Shown here piece after piece: positions 57,680-64,000 of a stretch of DNA of 64,000 bases (positions are counted from its first letter, which is position 1; each line of letters begins with the position of its first letter). This DNA is from an uncultured Bacillota bacterium (lineage in GTDB: Bacteria; Bacillota; Clostridia; Acetivibrionales; DTU013), in assembly GCA_942493145.1 (NCBI GenBank), contig OW818679.1, forward strand, positions 4,062,584-4,126,583. Direction: 5' to 3'. Both the position numbers and the translations under genes were made by a program. The notes under the pieces are model-generated. The model was given only the letters and a program-made list of their open reading frames with translations, was not told the origin of the DNA and searched no databases.

Positions 57680-58303
57680 ATGGCATTGACTCAATATATC
57701 AGGCTTATGCTTATGTCAATAATGCTGGTACTTGCACTAATCAGCGATATAAAATACTTAAGGATCAGGAATCTTCATGTGGCTGTCTTCTCAGTGGCCG
57801 GGCTGATCATAACCATACTCACCGGAGACACCAATGATATATGCCCGATATTTTCACCCGTTATCGGCCTTTCACACTTTATTAGCTTTTCACCCATTAT
57901 TGGCCTTTCACCCTTTATCGATTTTCTGCTTTCAATTGCTGTTCCCTTTTTTCTGCTTTTCCCCATTTATTGCCTCAGAATGCTTGGTGCCGGAGATATC
58001 AAGCTCTTCTGTGCCATAGGCGCCATAATGGGCTTTCCTTTTGTTCTGGAGAGTATGGCATGTTCATTCCTTTCAGGTGGAATTATTGCATTATCGTCCA
58101 TGATGTTGCGAAAAAATTTAAGAACCAGGCTCTCATGTTTATATCAATATATCAAATCCTGTATACTTACACGCTCCTTCCAACCATACACCACCGCGTC
58201 CTCAAACACCTTCAACGGCTCATACTTCCGATTCAGTCCGGCGATAGTTTCCGGCTCGTTTATCGTGGCATTTTTTCGATATTTTGCTATAATTGAGGTG
58301 TGA
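57680..58303 (+). CDS. A24-family prepilin-type aspartic peptidase (CpaA/PilD-like), with no neighbouring pilus genes
   Basis: LISDIKYLRIRN carries the first Asp and LRMLGAGDIKLF carries the GxGD second Asp. The start is uncertain: the ORF is open from 57554, while ATG 57680 and TTG 57686 follow AGGAGG. Confidence 0.65.
   Translation: MALTQYIRLMLMSIMLVLALISDIKYLRIRNLHVAVFSVAGLIITILTGDTNDICPIFSPVIGLSHFISFSPIIGLSPFIDFLLSIAVPFFLLFPIYCLRMLGAGDIKLFCAIGAIMGFPFVLESMACSFLSGGIIALSSMMLRKNLRTRLSCLYQYIKSCILTRSFQPYTTASSNTFNGSYFRFSPAIVSGSFIVAFFRYFAIIEV
57851..57922 (+). repeat. 36-nt in-frame tandem duplication inside the A24 peptidase gene
   Basis: The two copies are ttttcacccgttatcggcctttcacactttattagc and ttttcacccattattggcctttcaccctttatcgat. 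They encode FSPVIGLSHFIS and FSPIIGLSPFID. Confidence 0.85.
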
Positions 58304-58317
58304 GGAGTGATTTTCAT

Positions 58318-58887
58318 ATGCCTGGAAGCAATATCATACTTATCGGAATGCCTGGCGCAGGCAAAAGCACCGTCGGTGTGTTACTCGCGAAAAATATAAA
58401 AAAGCCCTTTGTTGATACCGACTTGCTGATACAGCAGCGTGAGAACCGCTTTCTTCAGGAAATCATCAACCATGACGGACTTGATGCTTTTCTGAAAATT
58501 GAAGAGGAGGTAATTATTGCGCTGGATCTTCATAACCACATCATCGCAACCGGGGGAAGCGTAATTTACAGCAAGCCTGCGTTGATAAAACTGAAGGAGG
58601 ACGGAATCCTTGTCTACCTCAATATAAGGCTTTACCAGCTCGAGCGCCGGCTTAAGAATATAAAGACCCGTGGTGTTGCAATGAACATCGGGCAAACACT
58701 TAGGGACCTGTATTGTGAGAGGACGCCCCTATATAAAAAATATGCCGATATTGAAATAGACTGTTCGCACAAACATATAGAATCGATAATAGCCGAAATA
58801 ATAGACAGACTCACTGAATCAGGCACATTGGAACCGTCTTCTCAGGGATATTATGGTAAGAATAGAGGCAGAGGGAGATTTTTGTGA
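58318..58887 (+). CDS. aroK: Shikimate kinase
   Basis: MPGSNIILIGMPGAGKSTVGVLLAKNIKKPFVDTDLLIQQ holds the Walker A motif and the shikimate-binding DTD. Start is ATG 58318 after GAGGAG. Confidence 0.9.
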   Translation: MPGSNIILIGMPGAGKSTVGVLLAKNIKKPFVDTDLLIQQRENRFLQEIINHDGLDAFLKIEEEVIIALDLHNHIIATGGSVIYSKPALIKLKEDGILVYLNIRLYQLERRLKNIKTRGVAMNIGQTLRDLYCERTPLYKKYADIEIDCSHKHIESIIAEIIDRLTESGTLEPSSQGYYGKNRGRGRFL

Positions 58888-58985
58888 AATATTTTTATTA
58901 TTTTTTGAAATATTTGAATAAACACCTGAATTTAAGGTAAATAATATAAGTGACCTCACAAAATACATTTTGACCCCCTTTACAT

Positions 58986-59014
58986 GGTTAGCCAAACGGC
59001 TAACCTCTTTTTTT
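58986..59014 (+). terminator. Rho-independent terminator after aroK
   Basis: The hairpin ggttagcc aaac ggctaacc is followed by tcttttttt. Confidence 0.6.
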
Positions 59015-59185
59015 GTCCTTCATGGGTTGTGGATAATTATTGTAAATTATCATTTTCAGCACAAAGAACGCCTGTTTTGTGGATATGCTTCTGTGGATAA
59101 TGTTGATAAGTCTGTGCATAACTGTGGTTTCGGCTTTTTAAGCCTGTGGATACTACGATTTTATTAACATGCGAGCAATCAGTTA

Positions 59186-59213
59186 ACATAATCAAACCAA
59201 TGCCCATATTATA
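59186..59213 (+). promoter_or_regulatory. Sigma-K-like promoter candidate upstream of the Gly/Pro-repeat gene
   Basis: The sequence reads AC, 17 nt, then CATAttaTA, which fits AC-N16/17-CATAnnnTA. It lies about 30 nt upstream of the start codon. The consensus carries little information, so a chance match is possible. Confidence 0.25.
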
Positions 59214-59243
59214 TAGTAAAAAATCATAAGGAGTGCAAATTCT

Positions 59244-59888
59244 ATGAGCTATAATAATTATGACCGTCAGCCCGAACAGCCGGGATCCGCATCCCCCGGA
59301 GGGCCCGGCGGCTTCCCTGGTGGTATTGGTGGCTTCCCTGGCGGACCCGGTGGCATCCCTGGTGGACCCGGTGGCTTCCCTGGCGGACCGGGCGGCTTCC
59401 CTGGCGGACCCGGTGGCTTCCCTGGCGGACCCGGCGGCTTCCCTGGCGGACCCGGTGGCTTCCCTGGCGGACCCGGTGGCTTCCCTGGCGGACCCGGCGG
59501 CTTCCCTGGCGGACCCGGTGGCTTCCCTGGCGGACCCGGTGGCTTCCCTGGCGGACCCGGTGGCTTCCCTGGTGGACCTGGCGGCTTCCCTGGCGGACAA
59601 CCAGGTGGTCAACCGGGCGGAGCACGACCACCTTCATCACGTCCACCCTCGTTCACTCCACAGAGGCCTCCTATTACTGCTGGATTTACGACTTATGCAA
59701 TAAATCCCGGCGCAATATCGAGATGTCGTTTCAGATTTGTATACATCTGGCTCACTAGCGGCAGAAGCTTCTGGGCGTGGATAACCTTCGTAGGAAGAAA
59801 CTCCATTGCAGGATTCAGATGGACAGGTTTCGGCTGGGTGTATTTCGGACTTGATTTGAATGCCATTGAGTATTTTGAATGCTATTGA
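59244..59888 (+). CDS. Gly/Pro-rich repeat protein (about 14 GGFPGGP heptads) with an aromatic/Cys-containing C-terminal domain; function unknown
   Basis: AAGGAG lies 9 nt upstream. The N-terminal part reads PGGPGGFPGG.... The C-terminal ~85 aa reads YAINPGAISRCRFRFVYIWLTSGRSFWAWITFVGRNSIAGFRWTGFGWVYFGLDLNAIEYFECY. Confidence 0.7.
   Translation: MSYNNYDRQPEQPGSASPGGPGGFPGGIGGFPGGPGGIPGGPGGFPGGPGGFPGGPGGFPGGPGGFPGGPGGFPGGPGGFPGGPGGFPGGPGGFPGGPGGFPGGPGGFPGGPGGFPGGQPGGQPGGARPPSSRPPSFTPQRPPITAGFTTYAINPGAISRCRFRFVYIWLTSGRSFWAWITFVGRNSIAGFRWTGFGWVYFGLDLNAIEYFECY
59295..59621 (+). repeat. In-frame tandem repeat, 21-nt period (ggcttccctggcggacccggt), about 14 near-identical copies
   Basis: Visible directly in the sequence. 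It generates long shadow ORFs in other frames and on the opposite strand. Confidence 0.95.
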
Positions 59889-59902
59889 GTATTTTGAATG
59901 CT
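59865..59902 (+). repeat. Perfect 19-bp tandem duplication spanning the stop codon of the Gly/Pro-repeat gene
   Basis: attgagtattttgaatgct occurs twice in tandem. The second copy creates the TGA at 59886-59888. With a single copy the ORF would end ...IEYFECYSNW*. Confidence 0.9.
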
Positions 59903-60000
59903 ATAGTAACTGGTAACTTAAATATCTATGCCGTGCATAATCCACTATGATAAGATGCCGGCGCGGTTGCACCAAATATGCAATTGTGCCGGTATTGTTA

Positions 60001-60049
60001 TTATCATCTTTCTGATTCTATTATCATCTTTTTGATTCTATTAACATCC
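60001..60049. repeat. 20-bp direct repeats (2.4 copies) upstream of the rubredoxin/flavodiiron operon
   Basis: The copies read ttatcatctttctgattcta / ttatcatctttttgattcta / ttaacatcc. Confidence 0.85.
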
Positions 60050-60235
60050 ATGTTATGATTAACTTTATTTTATTGTGGTATAATTCAAGTTAAGTATTGC
60101 CGGTATTCGAGGGAAAATCACCGCGGACTGTTCCAACTTATGCCAGTCATGCAAAATAGTCCTCTCCTGAGTAACCGGTAAAATTAATAAAAAATCAAAT
60201 ACTAATAATATTATCAAAAGAAAGGAAGTTTGTTT

Positions 60236-60397
60236 ATGAAAAGATATGTATGTTCTGTTTGCGGGTATATATACGATCCAGCTCAGGGCGATCCTGATTC
60301 CGGAATCGCGCCGGGTACTCCATTTGAAGATATCCCTGACTCCTGGGTATGTCCGGTTTGCGAAGTAGGAAAGGATTCATTCGAGGAAGAGGTGTAA
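60236..60397 (+). CDS. Rubredoxin (53 aa)
   Basis: Below the ORF-track size cut-off. The translation is [53 protein letters not shown], with two CxxC pairs. AAAGGAAG is the RBS. The stop lies 1 nt before the next ATG. Confidence 0.9.
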   Translation: MKRYVCSVCGYIYDPAQGDPDSGIAPGTPFEDIPDSWVCPVCEVGKDSFEEEV

Positions 60398-60398
60398 A

Positions 60399-61583
60399 AT
60401 GGCGATAAAAGAAATTTCTCCCGGCGTACATTCTGTCGGTGTCAACCACTGGGACCGTCAGATATTCGACGCTTTAGTACCGCTGCCTTACGGTACCAGT
60501 TATAATTCATTTGTCGTTAAGGGAAGCGAAAAGATTGCACTGATTGATACCGTCGAGCCGGAGAAGGCCGGGGAGTTCTTCGAAAACCTCCACCTGCTTC
60601 AGCTGGACCGCATTGACTATATAATCTCGAACCATGCAGAACAGGATCATTCGGGTGCAATCCCTTCGGTCCTTGAAAAGTTTCCCGGTGCGATGGTCCT
60701 AGCCAATGCTAAAAGCAAGGATATGATCCTTCACTTTATGAATGTCAGCGAAGATCGAATAATCGAAGTGAAGGATCGCGACACTATTTCACTGGGTGAT
60801 AAAACCCTGGAGTTTATCTTCACACCATGGTCGCACTGGCCGGATAACATGGTCACATATTTACGGGAGGATAAGATCCTGTTTTCAAATGACTTTTTGG
60901 GTGCTCACACATCTGACAGCAATCTTTTTGTCCGTGATGAACCCAAGGCCTATGACGCTGCCAAAAGATATTACGCCCAGATAATGATGCCTTTCAGGGG
61001 CAGTGCTGCATCCAATCTGAAGAAGGTTGAGGGACTTGACATTGCCATAATAGCACCCAGTCACGGACAGCTCCATGATAAACCGGCGTTCATTTTGGAT
61101 GCATACCGCAGCTGGACCTCGGATACGGTTGCAAATGAAGTCGTCATTGCCTATGTCACCATGCATGGCAGCACCAAAAGGATGGCTGAATACCTTACGG
61201 AAAAGCTGATTGAGAAAAATATCACAGTAAGACCCTTCAACATGGATTCTGCCGATACCGGAGAACTTGCAATGGCAACGGTTAATGCAGCGACCATTAT
61301 CCTGGCATCACCGGCAGTCCTTGTAGGTGCACACCCCAAAATTGTCTATGCAGCCTACCTGGTAAACGCCCTGAAACCGAAAACCCGTTTTCTCGGACTG
61401 ATAGGCTCCTATGGATGGGGATCCAAGCTGGTTGATAGCGTAAAAGGCTTGCTTCCGAATATGAAGTGTGAATTCCACGAGCCGGTTCTGGTAAAGGGAT
61501 ATCCGGATGAAGAATGCTTCAGGAATCTTGACAGGTTGGCAGACTCCATAGCTGAAAGCCATATAAAATCAGGATTAATCTAA
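60399..61583 (+). CDS. Flavodiiron protein (A-type flavoprotein; O2/NO reductase)
   Basis: The metallo-beta-lactamase-like domain carries SNHAEQDHSGA (HxExDH), and a C-terminal flavodoxin-like domain follows (VVIAYVTMHGSTKRMAE). It appears translationally coupled to the rubredoxin gene. Confidence 0.9.
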   Translation: MAIKEISPGVHSVGVNHWDRQIFDALVPLPYGTSYNSFVVKGSEKIALIDTVEPEKAGEFFENLHLLQLDRIDYIISNHAEQDHSGAIPSVLEKFPGAMVLANAKSKDMILHFMNVSEDRIIEVKDRDTISLGDKTLEFIFTPWSHWPDNMVTYLREDKILFSNDFLGAHTSDSNLFVRDEPKAYDAAKRYYAQIMMPFRGSAASNLKKVEGLDIAIIAPSHGQLHDKPAFILDAYRSWTSDTVANEVVIAYVTMHGSTKRMAEYLTEKLIEKNITVRPFNMDSADTGELAMATVNAATIILASPAVLVGAHPKIVYAAYLVNALKPKTRFLGLIGSYGWGSKLVDSVKGLLPNMKCEFHEPVLVKGYPDEECFRNLDRLADSIAESHIKSGLI

Positions 61584-61602
61584 AATAGTACGGAAAAAGA
61601 GT

Positions 61603-61655
61603 GGGGACGGTTCACGCACTTCCAAATTGAAAAATGGAAGCGCGAGAACCGTCCC
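61603..61655. terminator. Bidirectional terminator between convergent genes
   Basis: A 22-bp stem (ggggacggttcacgcacttcca / tggaagcgcgagaaccgtcccc, 2 mismatches) is flanked by an A run on the left and a T run on the right. Confidence 0.7.
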
Positions 61656-61698
61656 CTTGATATTTTTTCTTTTATCCTGATCCTATTCTCTTTATTTG

Positions 61699-62985
61699 CT
61701 AAATAAGATATGCAAAATAGAGATATACTGTACAAATTACTATGGTCACCAACATGATAGGGAAGGAATACTTGAAGTATTTGGCGAACGTGATTTTATG
61801 TCCGTGCTCTTCAGACATACCCGAAGCTACAACATTTGCACTGGCTCCGATTATGGTTCCGTTCCCTCCCAGGCATGCACCAAGGGACAATGCCCACCAT
61901 ACCGGCCATAGGTTCATTCCGGTAAGGGCTCCCACATCCTTTATCAAAGGTATCATCGTGGCAACAAAAGGTATGTTGTCTATAAACGCCGAGGCGATGG
62001 CTGATACCCAGAGTATTGCAAGGGTCGTCAGCACCAGATCTCCCTGCGTCATATCTATGACTCCCTTGGCAAGCATTGTAATTATTCCAGTAGCTTTTAT
62101 ACCACCAACCATGATGAACAGTCCGACGAAGAAGAATATGGTTTTCCACTCGACCTCTTCGAGAACTTTTTCAGGTTTTACCCCTGATACCAGAAGCAGC
62201 ATGACCGCTCCTGCAATGGCAATGGTTGAGGACTCAAAATGTATGAAACCATGCATAACAAAGCCCAGTATGATAAGTCCAAGCACTATCAGGCTCTTAA
62301 CCAAAAGCTTCTTATCCTTTATACAATCATACTCGTTCATCTGCATAACATGGTCTTTTGCTTCTTGGGTGGCTACCAGTTTTTTCTTAAACATTAGCAT
62401 GAATATGTAGGTTGTAATAAACAGCATAGGCAAAATGATGGGGGCGTCATTTTTAATAAAATCCATGAAAGTAAGACCTACTGAACTTCCAATCATTATG
62501 TTTGGCGGATCACCAATTAATGTTGCCGTTCCACCGACATTTGAGGCAAAGACCTCGCTTATTACGAACGGGAAGGGATTGATGCGCATATCCTTTGCTA
62601 CAGTGAATGTCACTGGCAGCATGAGAAGGATGGTCGTCACGTTATCCAGGAACGCTGACAGGATACCTGTGATAAGTGAAAGCAGTATGATTATCTTGAC
62701 AGGGTCTGCTTTTGCAATCTTTACAGTTTTAACAGCCAGGAATTCAAATACACCTGACCGCTTGGTGATCATAACAACTACCATCATGCTGATCAACAGC
62801 GCAAGGGTATTGTAGTCAATCTCCAGAAATGCCTCCTCCTGGGAGAGTATCCTCAGCAGAATCATCAGTGCGGCACCACTCAAAGCCACAACCGTCCTGT
62901 CCAGCTTGTCGATAATAATCAACACATATGCTGCGACAAATATGACTGCTGAAAGAATTGTTAGGAATTGATTTGATTCTTCCAT
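61699..62985 (-). CDS. ArsB/NhaD-superfamily (CitMHS-like) anion/cation permease
   Basis: The 428-aa polytopic membrane protein carries LSAFLDNVTT and SAFIDNIPFVATMIP, the duplicated hairpin motifs of this superfamily. Confidence 0.75.
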   Translation of the reverse strand: MEESNQFLTILSAVIFVAAYVLIIIDKLDRTVVALSGAALMILLRILSQEEAFLEIDYNTLALLISMMVVVMITKRSGVFEFLAVKTVKIAKADPVKIIILLSLITGILSAFLDNVTTILLMLPVTFTVAKDMRINPFPFVISEVFASNVGGTATLIGDPPNIMIGSSVGLTFMDFIKNDAPIILPMLFITTYIFMLMFKKKLVATQEAKDHVMQMNEYDCIKDKKLLVKSLIVLGLIILGFVMHGFIHFESSTIAIAGAVMLLLVSGVKPEKVLEEVEWKTIFFFVGLFIMVGGIKATGIITMLAKGVIDMTQGDLVLTTLAILWVSAIASAFIDNIPFVATMIPLIKDVGALTGMNLWPVWWALSLGACLGGNGTIIGASANVVASGMSEEHGHKITFAKYFKYSFPIMLVTIVICTVYLYFAYLI

Positions 62986-63044
62986 TTTCTATATTCCTCC
63001 ATGATGTTATTTCCCCCAAAAGCGCAAAAAGATATGAGTATACT

Positions 63045-63082
63045 AAAAAGAACAGTGCAAGCTTGAAATAAAGCTTGTACAC
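63045..63082 (-). terminator. Hairpin downstream of the FapA-like gene
   Basis: On the minus strand, gtacaagctt tatttc aagcttgcac is followed by tgttcttttt. Confidence 0.35.
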
Positions 63083-63159
63083 TTTTCAGATTCCGCTCCT
63101 TTTTTCTATTGTGTTAAGGGGCTTTGTATTAGATTAAAAACATTATAACACTATAAAAA

Positions 63160-64000
63160 TTATAATTGCAATATCTTTCCGTCCTGGAATATAATATCTG
63201 TAGCATATTTGGGGCTGTTAAAGGAAATTTGTTTGTCTTTCATGGTAATAATTGTATTTGAATACAGTTTTTTTGTGATCTTGACTTCTCCGTCACCCCT
63301 GGCCTTTATAACAGAACTGAGTAAATCCTTTTCCTCATTCCGGGTACGAATTTCACCCCTGATTTCATCAAGCCTGATCTTTGTTTCATTAAGCATGCTG
63401 TCCTGCAGGGCAGTAAGTGAAGTTTGCTCACTGTAAAAACGCATCCTGTTACGCAACCGCTCATTCTCACTTTTCAGGTCTTTAATCCGATCATCTGCTT
63501 TATTTATTTCACTTTTGATTGTCTCCCTGTTGAAGCAGGTAATCTCAATAGCCGTCTTCTTCTCAAGCTCTGACCCTATCTCCGCTGCAACCACTCTTGT
63601 GGTCGCTTTGATACTTCCCCCCTTTATTATTCCGTTGGGAGCATCAATTATAACTTCCCGTGCATTAACAATACTATTTGAGCATGAAAAACCTATATGG
63701 GCTGTACCACCGCAATTAACCGTCACATTTTCAATGAATTTCAGATATACATTCTTTGCAGCTTCGACCTTAACTCCACCTCTTGCAAGTATGCCTCCCC
63801 TGATATAGATGCTTCCTTTTTTGCTTACAATCCCCTTTATGTTCCCGAGGCCGATCTCTCCATTAACTTCAATGTCGTTTGTTGCTTCTACATAAAAGCC
63901 GTCACATATTGTTCCGTTTATGATGACATATCCGTCAAAAACAATATTACCGGTTTTAAAATCCACATCTCCGCTTATGACCAGGGGGTTCATCAGGGAT
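63160..64000 (-). CDS. FapA-family (DUF342) protein, C-terminal part; the 5' end lies beyond the right window edge
   Basis: Repetitive beta-helix-like G-rich turns are present (GDVDFKTGNIVFDGYVIINGTICDGFYVEATNDIEVNGEIGLG...), followed by a coiled coil. The frame is open to the window end. Confidence 0.7.
   Translation of the reverse strand, partial: SLMNPLVISGDVDFKTGNIVFDGYVIINGTICDGFYVEATNDIEVNGEIGLGNIKGIVSKKGSIYIRGGILARGGVKVEAAKNVYLKFIENVTVNCGGTAHIGFSCSNSIVNAREVIIDAPNGIIKGGSIKATTRVVAAEIGSELEKKTAIEITCFNRETIKSEINKADDRIKDLKSENERLRNRMRFYSEQTSLTALQDSMLNETKIRLDEIRGEIRTRNEEKDLLSSVIKARGDGEVKITKKLYSNTIITMKDKQISFNSPKYATDIIFQDGKILQL

Noticed and set aside
59295-59621. Possible CRISPR array (regularly spaced near-identical repeats); the rho repeats at 25942..26109 were considered in the same way
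   Set aside because: The repeats are directly adjacent with no spacers. Their period is 21 nt, and they lie in frame inside well-supported ORFs. No cas genes are present in the window.
59037-59703. Long minus-strand and alternative plus-frame ORFs (REATGSAREATGS..., QGSHRVRQGS..., PVASLADPVASLAD...) across the 21-nt repeat
   Set aside because: They are shadow frames of the GGFPGGP tandem repeat. Any frame of a perfect 21-nt repeat stays open. Only the 59244 frame has an RBS, a start codon and a non-repetitive C-terminal domain.
1-64000. tRNA, rRNA or other housekeeping RNA genes
   Set aside because: No cloverleaf-like GTTCGAATC-type T-arm motifs or rRNA-like stretches were seen in the intergenic regions. 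All sizeable gaps are explained by promoters, leaders or terminators.

Overview
This looks like a chromosomal segment from a spore-forming, flagellated Firmicute, probably Clostridia-like: GGAGG ribosome-binding sites, several SLH-domain surface proteins, and almost every gene on the minus strand. Left to right it contains:
- a partial Cache/PAS/GGDEF sensor;
- a secreted coiled-coil protein plus two membrane TPR proteins;
- a Leu T-box-controlled ilvB-ilvN-ilvC-leuA-cimA operon;
- htrA, a type-A cat, DUF951, a C26 amidotransferase and glnA;
- a PAS-PP2C phosphatase;
- prmC, DUF1385, rpmE and rho (with a long Q-rich repeat insert);
- an SLH/PepSY-like protein and a phosphodiester glycosidase;
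- a flgJ-like gene, flgG, flgF and mbl;
- the sporulation block murA-spoIID-spoIIQ-like-spoIIID;
- two giant Fn3/SLH proteins;
- an A24 peptidase, aroK and a Gly/Pro-repeat protein;
- rubredoxin plus a flavodiiron protein;
- an ArsB/NhaD-type permease and a partial FapA (DUF342) gene.

The main finding is that spoIIID, the mother-cell transcription factor gene, is split inside the codons for its HTH recognition helix by an 8,873-bp element (35470..44342). The element is bounded by a 9-bp direct repeat (GTGGACGGT). It carries an intact large serine recombinase at one end and a cargo of PKD/Ig-like, RCC1-like and copper-amine-oxidase-N-like genes, several of which are visibly decayed. Joining the two gene halves at the repeat restores an 89-aa SpoIIID ORF. 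This is the skin-element type of architecture, but in a gene I do not know to be a described target.

Three real coding segments are missing from the ORF track: both spoIIID halves, a 53-aa rubredoxin, and the edge-truncated GGDEF gene. No rRNA, tRNA or CRISPR array was found.
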